A DNA stretch of 64,000 bases from Felis catus (GCF_018350175.1 NC_058368.1:83268001-83332000); one strand, 5' to 3'. Shown: positions 1 to 13,552, counted from the stretch's first letter. Notes: generated from the sequence alone by a model not told the origin. Numbers and translations: made by a program.

Positions 1-839
1 AGGCCCCGAAGAGCCAAAGGAATTTTGAAGAAGAAGACCAAAGCAGGAGGCATCACAATCCCAGACTTTAGCCTCTACTACAAAGCTGTCGTCATCAAGA
101 CAGCATGGTATTGGCACAAAAACAGACACATAGACCAATGGAATAGAATAGAAACCCTAGAACTAGACCCACAAACGTATGGCCAACTAATCTTTGACAA
201 AGCAGAAAAGAACATCCAACGGAAAAAAGACAGCCTCTTTAACAAATGGTGCTGGGAGAACTGGACAGCAACTTGCAGAAGGTTGAAACTAGACGACTTT
301 CTCACACCATTCACAAAAATAAACTCAAAATGGATAAAGGACCTGAATGTGAGACAGGAAACCATCAAAACCTTAGAGGAGAAAGCAGGAAAAGACCTCT
401 CTGACCTCAGCCGTAGCAATCTCTTACTCGACACATCCCCAAAGGCAAGGGAATTAAAAGCAAAAGTGAATTACTGGGACCTTATGAAGATAAAAAGCTT
501 CTGCACAGCAAAGGAAACAACCAACAAAACTAAAAGGCAACCAATGGAATGGGAAAAGATATTCGCAAATGACATATCGGACAAAGGGCTAGTATCCAAA
601 ATCTATAAAGAGCTCACCAAACTCCACACCCGAAAAACAAATAACCCAGTGAAGAAATGGGCAGAAAACATGAATAGACACTTCTCTAAAGAAGACATCT
701 GGATGGCCAACAAGCACATGAAAAGATGTTCAGCGTCGGTCCTTATCAGGGAAATACAAATCAAAACCACACTCAGGTATCACCTCACGCCAGTCAGAGT
801 GGCCAAAATGAACAAATCAGGGGACTGTAGATGCTGGAG
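1..839 (+). mobile_element. Young felid L1, 3' part of ORF2 (after the RT domain up to the start of the Cys-rich C-terminal motif), ending abruptly without 3'UTR or poly(A)
   Basis: ORF 25..873 is uninterrupted L1 ORF2p ([42 protein letters not shown]) and collinear with 8003-8833; homology stops at atgctggag (839). Confidence 0.95.
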
Positions 840-2369
840 TGGCCATGGTTTTTCTACTATCACCATTCCCTAAGGGACCTGAGAAGAGTCATACTTGTCT
901 ATGCTTTGGGTAAAAGACCCATTAATTTCAGTCCTTGCTGTGAACTCCATAACATCCTACAGCCCAATCTCAAACCCTCTTACCCATGCTCTGAGAAACA
1001 TCCTGTCTTCCCTGGGGCTCACTGGGAGACATCTCTCCATGCATTGAAGACACCACTGATGTCTTTCACATTGTGGATGCTGAAATAGCCTTATAACTCA
1101 GTTACAGTCCATCTCAGGCATAGTCCAGAGCAATCCTGTATGCTCATGATTCTGGAAGGAAGTATGCCCATCTATGGTGTTGAGGGCATGCCTGCAGAAA
1201 GTGGTTCTACCTTTACACCATGAAGCAACCCTGTGAGTCACTCCCATTACCGTTCAGCTGTCATGTGGGGTCAGCCATGATTGTCCAGGAAATTGCCAAA
1301 TGACTTTGCAGAAGTCTGTGTGAAATTCAACAATACATTTCTTCAGACCAGACAGAGGCCTGCTATCCTCACACCTAACTGTAGACTCAGAAATGGGTAC
1401 TATTTCCCAGTACTAGCCCTACTGGCAAAGGTAGGGCTAGAGGAGTTCTCATATTCTTAGGGAACAAAAATAATGAATGCTCACATTAGCTCTGATAACA
1501 GGTTGAACACTGTGGAGCCCTCTGTGGACTCAGAAGCATGCATATGAACTGACTGTAAGTCCATTTAACTAAGATTTCATAAGCAATGTCATCAGACTGG
1601 AGACTGGAGCATATGGTCTTTACTTCCTGTGGTAAGTCTTTAAATACTGGAAAAGGGGTTTTATTATTCAACTGTACAGCCACAAATTCAAGTTTCTATT
1701 AGTCTCAATGAATCAGACCAACTCGATACCACCAAAGGAAAACAGAAAGAAACAACTAAACGAAATAAGAAAAACAATGTAAGAACAAAATGAGAAGTTT
1801 AGTAAATAAAAGCCATTAAAATGAACCAAGCAGAACTCCTGAGACTAAAAAATGCAATGGTTGAATGAAAAATTCAGCAGAGATCTTCTACAGAACAATT
1901 AATCATACAGAAAAAAATGTCCATGAACTCAAATACAGGTCATTTGAAGTTAGTCAGAAACACTGAAAAGTAAAGAATGAAAACAAGTGAAGAAAGCATA
2001 TAAGACTTATGGGATATTATCAAGTGCATAAATACACAATGTCATGGGACTCCCAGAAAATCAATGAAAGGGACATAAACTTTATTAACAGAAATAATAG
2101 CTGACAAATGTTCCAATTATGGAAGGAATATGAATATCAAGACTCCTAAAGCTCAAAAAACCTTGACCCAATAGAAGATCAATTCAAAGACAATAGTCAC
2201 AAGACACAATATAATCAAACTGTCAAATTCAAAAACAAATTAAAAAATTGAAGCAGCAAAAGAAAAGTGATTAGTAAGAGAGGTTAAATCCCATTAGGTT
2301 ATCAGTGGCTATCTCAGCAGAAATATTGGAGGCCAGCAGGGAGTGTGAAGATACATTCAAAGAGCAAAA

Positions 2370-2418
<49 letters not shown>

Positions 2419-2765
2419 AACTACCACCAATAAAATTATACCTCAGAAGTAAAGGAGACACAAAGACATTCTTAGGCAAATGTTGAGTTAGTTCATCCAT
2501 AAAACTGCCCTAGGAGAAATTCTAAATATTTTTTCCTGTTAAGTGAAAGAAAAGTAAGTATTAACATGAAGGCATATGAAATAATAAAACTCAATGAAAT
2601 AGATAAACACATACTCAAATTCTGAATAATATAATATTGTAATGTCATGTGCAAGTCTCAATTATTAGAAGTGACAACAGCTATAATAATTTGTAATGGA
2701 CATTATTTTTAAAAATATAAAGTGTGACACTAATAGCATAGAAGAAAAGAAGAAAAAGTGTAGAA
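840..2765 (+). mobile_element. Old, degraded L1 (L1MA/L1MB-like): 5'UTR, ORF1 remnant and inter-ORF region
   Basis: A-rich ORF1-like text at 1700-2560 (e.g. agacttatgggatattatcaag, atctcagcagaaatattggaggccagcagggagtg); taaatactggaa motif shared with the minus-strand copy near 11750. Confidence 0.7.
2372..2420. repeat. (GAAA)n microsatellite
   Basis: Direct reading. Confidence 0.95.
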
Positions 2766-2767
2766 TT

Positions 2768-3009
2768 CTTATTTCGGTTGTTAGATTCCAAGTGTATGCA
2801 AAATTATATAGTATTTGTCTTTCTCTTATTTCACTTAGACTAATACCTGCTAGTCTATCCGTGTTGTTGTTAATGAAAAGATTTTATTCCTTTTCTTATG
2901 ACTAATGCACATATATACCACATGTTCTTTATCTATTCTACATTGTTGGACACTTGGGTTGCTTACATTTCTTGACTATTAGAAATAATGGTGCAATAAA
3001 TTTAAGGTA
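2768..3009 (-). mobile_element. L1 3'-end fragment (ORF2 terminus/3'UTR)
   Basis: cttatttcacttag...ggacacttgggttgc...ataatggtgcaataaa is the reverse complement of the L1 3' region seen at 9960-10250. Confidence 0.8.
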
Positions 3010-4468
3010 CCCTAAAGAGTCAAAGCAATCTTGAAAAAGAAGAAAAAATGGAGGAATCACAATCACAGATTTCAAGATATACTACAAACTTGTATTAATC
3101 CAAACAGTATGGTGCTGGTACAACAATAGACACATAGATCAATAGACTAAACCAGAGAGCCCAGAAATAAAGTGATGATTATATGATCAACTAATCTTCA
3201 ACAAAGCAGGAAAGAATATTCAATGGGAAAAAGGCAGTCTACTCAACAAATGGTGTGGGAAAAATGTACAGCTATATGGTTTCTTACACTGTACACAAAA
3301 ATAAACTCATATAGATTAAGGACTTAAATGTCAGAACTAAAACCATAAAACTCTTAGAAGAGAGAACACACACTGATTTTTCTGACATAAGCCATAGCAA
3401 AATTTTTTCTAAATATGGTTCCTAAGGTAGAAGAAACAAAAGCAAAAATAAATTATTGGGACTTCATTAAAATAAAAGTCTTTTACACAGTAAAGAAAAC
3501 AATAACAAAACTAAAACACAACCTACTGAGGTAAAGGAAAGAAGAGGGCAATGTAGGAAGACGCTGGGCTCACATCATCCTGCTGTTCGCTTAGATTCCA
3601 CCCTCATCTGCCTAAATAACCCAGAAAACCTCCAGACGACTAGCAGAACAGACTCTCTGGAGCCAAGAGTAGACAAAAGTAATATGGAAGAGGGTAGGAA
3701 GGGCTGAGAGGCAGAGTGTGCTACAAGGAGTGGTGGGAGAGAGCCAGGGTAGTGGAGGGACAGCCCACCTGGAAAGGCAGAGCCCCCAAAGTCTGGCTTG
3801 CAAAAGTAGAGGGCCCGATTCCATGAGTTCTGACAGCCAGTGGGACTTAACATCTGGAATGTTAAAAGTCAACAACTCTGCTCTCAGAGAGTGGAGAGGG
3901 TGAAAAGATGCTGGGAGGGAGAGTTGTTGAGCCCTGGAAGAGAGAGCTCAGCTTGGCGAAGGAACAAAGTCACTGGCAAGTGTCATCCCCCACTCCTATC
4001 CTCCAGCCAAAATTACAAAGGGAACCAGTTCTCATCACAAAACTTGCTTGCACTGTGCAAATGCCCAACACGGTGCTGCTGTGGATCTATCCCTCCAACG
4101 GGTCTGTCTCCCTCATGGTGCTGCAGGGCCCCTCCCTTAGGTGACCACTGAAGGCAAAGCAAGCTAAGCCTGCCCCTCCCACCCCTGTGCACCCTACAGA
4201 TCTGCCCCGGCTAATACACCAGATTGCATCAAAGCAGCATCAGAAGTTGGCAGTGTGCAAATAGCCCAGACAGGAGCCACACCACTCCACAGTGAGTCCT
4301 ACACCTGGGAGAGGGGAAGATAAGGGACACACCAGTCTGCCTGTGTTGCCAGCGGTGGGCTGGGGGCAGAGATCGGTCTGACTGCAGTCCCGCCAACCAG
4401 CACAAGTTATTCAGGACAGCACAGGGGAAGTGCCCTGCCATTTGGAGCTACCTCAGGGACTACCCAAA

Positions 4469-5375
4469 AAGACGAAACAGAAGAATTCTCCTCTAAAGAA
4501 AATCCAGGAAGTAGCGACAGCTAACAAATTGATCAAAAACGATTTAAGCAATATAACGAAAAAAGAATTTAGAATAATAGTCACAAAATTAATTGCTGAG
4601 CTTGAAAAAAGTATATAGGACAGCAGAGAATCTATTGCTACAGAGATCAAGGGACTAAGAAGTCATGAGAAATTAAAAAATGCTACAAATGAGGTGAAAA
4701 AAAAATGGAGTTGGCCATAGGATGGACTGAAAGGCAGAAGAGAGAATAGGTGAATTAGAAGATAAAACTTTTTGAAAAAGAGGAAGCTGAGAAAAAGAGA
4801 AATAAAAAAATCCAGAAGTATGAGAGGAGAATTAGAGAACTAAGTGATGCAATCAAATGGAACAATAGGCTTATCATAGGAATTCCAGATGAAGAAAAAG
4901 AGAAAGGGGCTAAAGGTGTACTTGAACAAATCATAGCTGAGGACTTCCCTGATCTGGGGAACAAAAAGACATTGAAATCCAAGAAGCACAGAGAACACCC
5001 TTCAGACATAAATTGAGTCAATCTTCTGCACAAAATATCGTAGTGAAACTGGAAAAATACAAGAATAAAGAGAAAGCTTTGAAAGTAGCTAGAGATAAAC
5101 AGTCTCTAACTTACAAGAGTAGACACATAAGAGTAGTGCCAGACCTATCCACTGAAACTTGGCAGGCCAGAAAGGAATGGCAGGAAATCTTCAATGTTAT
5201 GAACAGAAAAAATATTCAGCCAAGAATCCTTTATCCACCAAGTGTGTCATGAATCCTTTATCCACCAAGTCGTCAGAATAGAAGGAGAGATAAAGCCTTT
5301 TCCAAACAAATAAAAACTAAAGGAATTCATCACCACTAAACCAGCCTTACAAGAGATCCTAAGGGGAATTCTGTG
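4469..5375 (+). pseudogene. L1 ORF1p remnant (start codon lost, frameshifts and stops)
   Basis: Track fragments KEFRIIVTKLIAELEKSI and IRVVPDLSTETWQARKEWQEIF; AAG here where the sister copy has ATG at 44799. Confidence 0.9.
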
Positions 5376-5444
5376 GGTGAAATGTTGCAAGGACCAAAAA
5401 GTACCAGAGACATCACTACAAGCATGAAACCTAAAGACATTGCA

Positions 5445-8400
5445 ATGACTCCAAACCATATCTTTCAATAATAACACTGAATGTAAATGGACTAAACGCT
5501 CCAACCAAAATACAAAGGGTATCATATGGATAAAAAAACAAGACCCATCTATTTGCTGTCTACAAAAGACTCATTTTAGACCAGAGGACACTTTCAGATT
5601 GAAAGTGAGGGGATAGAGAACTATCTATCATGCTACTGGAAGTCAAAAGAGAGCTGGAGTAGTCATATTTATATAAGACAAACCACACTTTAAATTAAAG
5701 GTTGTAACAAGAGATGAAGAAGGGCATTATATAATAATTACAGGGTCTATCCATCAGGAAGAGCTAACAATTATAAATGTCTATGCGCCAAATACGGGAG
5801 CCCCCAAATATATAAGATAATTAATCACAAACATAAGCAACCTTATTGATAAGAATGTGGTCATTGCAGGGGACTTTAATACTCCACTTACAACGATGGA
5901 TAGATCATCTAGACACAGGATCAATAAAGAAACAAGGACATTGAACAATATATTGGATCAGATGGGCTTGACAGATATATTTAGAACTCTGCATCCCAAA
6001 GCAAGAGAATATACTTTCTTCTCGAGTGCACATGGAACATTCTCCAAGATAGATCATATACTGGGTCACAAAACAGCCCTTTATAAGTATACAAGAATTG
6101 AGATAACACCATGCATACTTTCAGACCACAATGCTATGAAGCTTGAAATCAACCACAGGAAAAAGTCTGGAAAACCTCCAAAAGCATGAAGGCTAAAGAA
6201 CACTCTACTAAGGAATGAATGGGTCAACCAGACAATTAGAGAAGTAATTAAAAATATATGGAAACAAACGAAAATGAAAATACAACAATCCAAAGGATTT
6301 GGAATGCAACAAAGGCAGTCCTGAGAGGAAAATACATTGCAATCCAGGCCTATCTCAAGACACAAGAAAAATCCCAAATACAAACTCTAACAACATACCT
6401 AAAGGAAATAGAAGCAGAACAACAAAGACACTCCAAACTCAGAAAAAGAAGAGAAATAGTAAGGATCAGATCAGAAATAAACAATATAGAATCTAAAAAA
6501 AGTGTAGAGCACATAAATGAAACCAAGAGTTGTTTTTTTGAAAAAAAATAAAGAAAATTGATAAACCTCTAGCCAGGCTTCTCTAAAAGAAAAGGGAGAT
6601 GACTCAAAGAGATAAAATAATGAATTAAAATGGAAATATTACAACCAATCCCTCAGAAATACAAGCAATTATCATGGAATACTATGGAAAAGTATTTGCC
6701 AACAAACTAGACAACCTGGAAGAAATGGACAAATTCCTAAGCACCCACACACTTCCAAAACTGAAACAGGAAGAAATAGAAAGCTTTAACAGACCCATAA
6801 CCAGTGAAGAAATTGAATCAGTTATCAAAAATCTCCCAACAAATAAGAGTCCAAGACCAGATGGCTTCCCTGAGGAATTCTACCAGACATTTAAAGCAGA
6901 GATAATACCTATCCTTCTCAAGCTGTTCCAAAAACTAGAAAGGGAAGGAAAACTTCTGGACTCATTCTATGAAGCCAGCATTAATTTGATTCCCAAACCA
7001 GATAGAGAGACCCAGCAAAAAAAGAGAACTACAAGCCAGTATCCCTTATGTATACGGATGCAAAAATTCTCAATAAGATAATAGCAAATTGAATTCAACA
7101 GCATATAAAAAGAATTATTCACCATGATCAAGTGGGATTCATTCCTGGGCTTCAGGGCTGGTTCAACATTTGCAAATCAATCAATGCAATAGATCACATT
7201 AATAAAAGAAAAGATAAGAACCATATGATCCTGTCATTCAATGCAGAAAAAGCATTTGACAAAATTCTGCATTCTTTCTTAATGAAAACCTTCGAGAAAG
7301 TTGGGATAGCAAGAACATACTTAAACATCATAAAAGCCATTTATGAAAAGCCAACAGCTAATATCAGCCTCAATGGGGAAAAACTGAGAATTTTCCCCCT
7401 GAGGTCAGGAACACGTCAGGGATGTCCACTCTCCCTGATGTTGTTTAACATAGTGTTGGAAGTTCCAGGATCAGCAATCAGACAACAAAAGGAAATCAAA
7501 GGCATCAAAATTGGCAAAGATGAAATCAACCACTTGCTTTTTGCAGATGACAGGATACCATACATGGAAAACCCTATAGACTCCACTAAAAGTCTGCTAG
7601 AAGTAATACATGAATTTAGCAAAGTTGCAGGATACAACATTAATGTACAGAAATCAGCTGCATTCTTATACACTTATAATGAAGCAAAGGGAAGGCAAAT
7701 AAAGAAACTGATCCCATTCACAATTGCACCAAGAAGCATAAAATACCTAGGAATAAATCTAACCAAAGGTGTAAAAGATCTATATGCTGAAAACTATAGA
7801 AAGCTTAGGAAGGAAATTGAAGAAGATACAAAGAAATCGAAAAACATTACATGCTCATGGATTGGAAGAATAAATCTTGTCAAAATGTCAATACTACCCA
7901 AAGCTATCTACACATTCAATGCAATCCCAATAAAAAATGCACTAGAATTCTTTTCAAAGTTAGAACAAGCAATCCTAGAATTTGTATGGAACCAGAAAAG
8001 ACCCCGAGTAGCCAAAATAATATTGAAGAAGACCAAAGCTGGAGGCATCACAATCCCAGACTTTAGCCTCTACTACAAAGCTGTAATCATCAAAATAGCA
8101 TGGTATTGGCACAAAAACAGACACATAGACCACTGCAATAGAATAGAGACTCCAGAATTGGACCCACAAAAGTATTGTCAACTAATCTTTGACAAAGCAG
8201 GAAAGAATATCCAATGGAAAAAAGACAGTCTCTTTAACAAACGGTGCTGGGAGAACTGGACAGCAACATGCAGAAGAATGAAACTAGACTACTTTCTTAC
8301 ACCATCCCCAAAAATAAACTCAAATGGATAAAGGACCTGAATGTGAGACAGGAAACCATCAAAACCCTAGAGGAGAAAGAAGGAAAAAAAACTCTCTGTC

Positions 8401-9263
8401 CTCAGCCGCCGCAATTTCTTACCTGACACATCTCAAAGGCAAGGGAATTAAAAGCAAAAATGAACTATTGGGACCTCATAAAGATAAAAAGCTTCTTTAC
8501 TGCAAAGGAAACAATCAACAAAACTAAAAGGCAACTGATGCAATGGGAAAAGATATTTTCAAATGACATATCAGACAAAGGGCTAATATCCAAAATGTAT
8601 ATTGAACTCACCAAACTCCACACCCCAAAAACAAATAATCCAGTGAAGAAATGGGCAGAAGACATGAATAGACACTTCTCTAAAGAAGACATCCAGATGG
8701 CCAACAGGCACATGAAAAGACGCTCAACGTCACTCCTCATCAGGGAAATACAAATCAAAACCACACTGAGATACCACCTCACACCAGTCAGAGTGGCTAA
8801 AATGAACAAATCAGGAGACTATAGATGCTGGAGAGGATGTGGAGAAACAAGGACCCTCTTGCACTCTTGGTGGGAATGCAACCTGGTGCAGCAACACTCT
8901 GGAAAACAGTGTGGAGGTTCCTCAAAAAATTAAAAATAGATCTAGCCTATGAGCCAGCAATAGCACTGCTAGGAATTTACCCAGTGGATACAGAGGTGTG
9001 GAGGCATAAGAGGACTTGTACCCCAATGTTTATAGCAGCACTTTCAATAATAGCCAAACTATGGAAAGAGCCTAAATGTCCATCAACTGATGAATGGATA
9101 AAGAAATTGTGGTTTATATACACAATGGAAAAGTACTTGGCAGTGAGAAAAAATGAAATATGGTCTTTTGTAGCAACGTGGATGGAACTGGAGAGTGTTA
9201 TGCTAAGTGAAATAAGTCATACAGAGAAAGACACCATATGTTTCACTCTTTTGTGGATCCTGA
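5445..9263 (+). pseudogene. L1 ORF2p (APE endonuclease, reverse transcriptase, Cys-rich C-terminus), disrupted
   Basis: EN motifs GDFNTPL, SKIDH, SDHN (5857-6189); RT motifs QGCPLS, LFADD, YLGI (7132-8331); CWRGC (8460-8933); split over several frames. Confidence 0.95.
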
Positions 9264-10371
9264 GAAACTTAACAGAAGACCATGGGGGAGGGGAAGGAAA
9301 AAAAAAGAGAGAGGGACAGAGCCAAACCATAATAGATTCCTAAAAACTGAAAATCAACTGAGGGTTGATGGGGGGTGGGAATGAGGAAAGGATGGGTGAT
9401 GGGCATTGAGAAGGGCACCTGTCGGGATGAGCACTGAGTGTTAAATGGAAACCAATTTCCCAATGAATTTCGTATTAAAAAATTAAAAAAAGACAGCCTA
9501 CTGAATTGGAGATGATATAAGCAAGTGAGATATCTGATAAAAGATTAGTGTATAAAATGTGTAAAAAATTTATACAAATCAACACACACACACAAAATAA
9601 TCCGATTTAAAAATGTGCAGAAGAAATAAACAGGCATTTCTCTGAAGACTTACAGATGGCTGACACATAAAAAGCTGCTCAATGTCACTCATCACAGAGA
9701 ATTATAGATCAAAACTACAGTAAGATGACACTTCACACATGTCAGAATGGCTAAATAAAAAACAAAAAAAAAAAAACGATTGTTGGCGAGGATTTGCAAA
9801 AAACCCTTTTTCAACCCTTGGTGGGAATGCAAACTCATTCAACCACTGTGGAAAACAGTATGGAGGTTCCTCAAAAAATTTAATATAAAATTATCATATG
9901 ATCCCATAATCTTACATCTGTGTGTTTACCCAAAGAATACAGAAACACTAATTTGAAAAGTTATATGTACCTCTATTTTTATTTCAGCATTAGTTACATT
10001 AGCCAAATTATGGCAGCCCAAACATCTATGAGAGATGAATGGATAAAAATGGCATGTGTGTATACACACACACACACACACAGACACACACACACAATGG
10101 AACATTACTCAGCCATAAAATTGAATGAAATCTTGTCATTTGCAACAATATGAATGGATTTAGATAGTATAATGCTAAGTAAAATAAGTCAATTCAAGAA
10201 AGACAAATACAATATGATTTCACGTATAGATGCAATCCTAAATAAAATTGTAGAAAACATACTGATGGTTACCAGAGGGAGGTGGGTGGTGGTGGTCGGT
10301 GAAATAGGAGAAAAGGATTAGGGCACACTTATTATAACGAACACTGAGCAATGTATAGAATGTATAGAATT

Positions 10372-11468
10372 CTTATATGTGTGTTATGTGCTCTTGCTGT
10401 TTTGTCTGTCCACTTTTCCTTTCAGTTCGGTTGTCTGCAGAGGCTCTCATTGCCTGTTGTGGGAATGTTTGCTCCCTGGCAGGGTTGGGCATGCTGTTTC
10501 AACAATGTGCATGCTGGTCTGCTTCTAAAATGAGACCTGCCAGTGCAGCTGTATTGACTGGGGCCACATGGGCGGGGCACACACTTTTAGCAAAGGGTTC
10601 CTTAGGCTCCTTCAGGTCCCACTGCCATCACTGCCACCAGCACCCAGACTGAGGCCCCACAAAATCTATGGGTCAGAAGACACAGTGTTGGCATTGTTTG
10701 CACTGGTCTTCCGAAGGAGGGAACCACAGCATCTGGACTGAGATAAACTTTACTGAAAACTGCAGATCTGCCAAAGTGTGGAGGGGTGAGGCTTTGTGTA
10801 AGAAATTTAGGTAGTGAATGTTGATGCCTTGCTGGTTCTTGAAGGTGGTCCTGTGTTTGTGCTGGAAGGGGAGGGAGGGAAATGGTGCCTACAAGTTTCT
10901 GTGTTCCTAGAGGAATCTCCTTGTAACCTGTCCTTCTGGGACAATCTCTGAGATGAGAAAATAGCTCTCCTTTCCTCATGCACCAGATGTTTTTCAAAGT
11001 GCTATTTCTATGCTGTATCTCCCTGGACTGTATGTCATGTTGTCTCTTTAAGAATGAGGACTCAGTTTCCTATTGCTCGCTGGGTTATCCCAGAACTGAG
11101 CCCATTTGTTTTTAAATTTCCAGTTTTCAAATCACTTTGGTTGTAGGAACTCACAAAATTCAGCCTGTCTAGTTTTGAGACAAATGTTATGGGAATTTGT
11201 CTTCATGTGGGTTCCCAATGTGGTAGTCTGTTTCTCACCCTTTCCTCACTCAGGGCTCCCTCTCAACCAGGTGTATCCATTTCATACCCCAGCACATCTC
11301 CACTCCTGGAGAGATATCTCCACACTCTGATGTGTCCTCTTTTCTACCTTTAGTTGTGGAGTTAGTTATTTGGGCTGTGTTCTGGGTTATTTATGCTGAT
11401 GTGAGTGTTACCTAGTTTTTTCCATGGGGTTCTTAGGGTCTTATTACTCCACTATCTTCGCAGCCTCC
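10372..11468 (-). mobile_element. Carnivore L1 5'UTR (orphan)
   Basis: Ends in ctccactatcttcgcagcctcc, reverse complement of an L1 start (aagatggcgg-like); homologous to 17783-18172 and 63920-64000. Confidence 0.8.
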
Positions 11469-12618
11469 TGATCTGTTTCATTATTTTTTATGGTATCTAT
11501 TTGTTGAATTTCTCACTTTGTTGAAATACAGTTGTTGTTTTTTTTTTTTTTCTAATTCTGAGCCTGAATGACTCAGAATGACTTTAAGAAGATTATTTTT
11601 CACTGTTTATCAAGCAATTCATTAATCTTCATTTCAGTTACTGGGCTTTTTTTTTTTTTTTCTTCTGTTGCTGCCATGTTATCTGATCTTTTATGATATC
11701 GGTAACTTTGCATCAAAGTGTGGCACACATGAAGAATGAATCACTTCTTCCAGTATTTACAAAGTTGATTTGGAAGTGGAAGTCCAACACAGTCTGAGGA
11801 GCCAGAGATTGTGTGTGGACTGGTGCTTGGAGACCATGACAGGCCTTCTCAATATATGAAGTCAGGGAGATGTGCCACATTTGTTGACAGGAACTGGCTT
11901 GGCATCAGGTTCCTTTTGGGCTGGTCCAGAACATGATGTTTGTTGATGTTCCAGAATCTGTATACATGATGACAACCACACTGGTATCAGGCAGTACTGA
12001 AACAGAATTGAAGCCTTATTCCCTAGAGGTGGGCTTTGAGCCTGGGTTCAGCCTCTTAATAGGGCATATCCTGAGCCCCAAACTACAAAAAACAGCCTGA
12101 TGCTTGAGTTAGCTTGGAGCCCAGGTCTGCATAGATTGTCCTGTGCTAGGGAAAACTTAGAGCCTTGGTTCTTTAGTACCAGCCTTGTGATGGGGAGGCC
12201 TGAGGCCTGGCTCTGCAGGAGCCATCTTGGAACTACAGAGCACCTGAAACCTGCACCTAAATATTCAGTCTTGACACTTATATTCACTGAGGCTATTGTG
12301 GAACTTTAGTCTCTCACAAACCCCAATGTTCACATTACTCTATTTTTACTGCAGGTGTGCTTCAAGGAAAAGGGATCTCTCTAGCCCTATCCTGGGTGAC
12401 CTCAGTGGAACAGTGACTTGGGTCAAATTGAAATTATTGTTTATATTCTTCTCAATGTCATTTCTTATTTTTGTGCTTCACTTAAGTTCTGTGATCACTC
12501 TGTTAGAATTAAGGACTCTGATGAGGGCATTTTTATTTATGGATGGTTATTTCTATCAGTGTTTCTGTGAAAGGAAACATGCTGATATCTCCCACTCTGC
12601 CATTTTGCTAACATCCTT
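11469..12618 (-). mobile_element. Old L1 (L1MA/L1MB-like) ORF1 5' part and 5'UTR
   Basis: Reverse-complement similarity to 1600-1900; terminates in ctctgccattttg (aaaatggcagag start motif). Confidence 0.65.
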
Positions 12619-12619
12619 G

Positions 12620-13552
12620 TATAATATTCTTGATTACTGTTGTGTTATAGTAAGATTTAAAGTCAGTGCCAACCTTTTGGCTTCATTCTGCTCTTTCAAT
12701 ATTATGTTTAATATTATACATATTAACTTTAAAACCATTTTCTTGATGTCTAAAATTAACTTTCTGAAATTTTATTTAATTTTTTAATGTTTATGTATTT
12801 TTGAGAGAGAAAGACACAGAGCATGAGCAGAAGATGGGGAGAGAGAGAGAAAGAGAGAGAGAGAAAGAGAGGTAGACACAGAATCTGAAACAGGCCACAG
12901 ACTCTGAGCTGTCAGCACAGAACCCCATGTGGGACTGAGACCCACAAACCCCAAAATCATGACCTGAGCTGAAGTCAGACACTTAATCAACTGAGCCACC
13001 CAAGCTCCCCAACTTTCTGGAATTTCAAATCTATAGATTAATGGGCAATAAAACTGTCATTTTGATAATAATGAAGCTTTTTATCTATTAACATGGAATT
13101 TTCTTAGTATATACAGTTTTTTTCATACAAATATTATAGATATTTTACAAGCTGTCTATATATTTTAGTTTTTTTATTATATTTTAGTTTTTACTGTTTT
13201 TAACTTAAAATTCCAATTTTTCATTGTTCATATAAAATAGTTGATTTTGTACATTAACCCTATATCCTTTAATTTTGCTAGAATTACTTATTATTTTAAT
13301 GTTTTTGGTTGATTATTTGGATTGTTCCATATAGGCAATACCAACTCCAAACAAAATATATTTATTCACTCTTCCAATCTATATCTTTTATTTATTCTTT
13401 CTAGGCCTCAAATAGGTAATCCCAGATAATGTTGAAAAAGAATAATGGGAATAATTATTCCTGCTTTTTGCTTGCCTTATCTTGATTTTAGCAGAAAATC
13501 ATGTTTGCCAACATTAATTATGATGCTACCTCTGTGTATTTAGCAGAAGTTC
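12620..13552 (-). mobile_element. Old degraded L1 ORF2 fragment, interrupted by a SINE
   Basis: T-rich antisense ORF2 text (gttgattttgtacattaacc, cttatcttgattttagcagaaa). Confidence 0.6.
12773..13010 (-). mobile_element. Can-SINE with 15-bp TSD
   Basis: tRNA-like head, (CT)n, A tail; aactttctgaaattt (12758-12772) / aactttctggaattt (13011-13025). Confidence 0.95.

Larger units (their letters stand above)
3530..9487 (+). mobile_element. Full-length felid L1 (L1_Fc-like), inactive; 17-bp TSD with 2 mismatches
   Basis: GC-richer 5'UTR 3530-4468, ORF1, ORF2, G-rich 3'UTR, A tail; TSD aaaacacaacctactga (3513-3529) / aaaagacagcctactga (9488-9504). Confidence 0.97.
3010..10371 (+). mobile_element. 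Older carnivore L1, 3' ORF2 and 3'UTR (3010-3529 and 9488-10371), split by a younger full-length L1
   Basis: ORF2 homology stops at acaacctactga (3529) and resumes in register at acagcctactga-attggagatgatata (9504). Confidence 0.9.

Noticed and set aside
7132..8331. 399-aa ORF as a novel or domesticated reverse transcriptase
   Set aside because: It is the RT segment of an ordinary L1 ORF2, bounded by frameshifts, in an element whose ORF1 is broken; nothing indicates selection
12296..12787. 163-aa hydrophobic ORF as a receptor fragment
   Set aside because: Lies in T-rich antisense L1 and spans element junctions; no olfactory or vomeronasal receptor motifs seen
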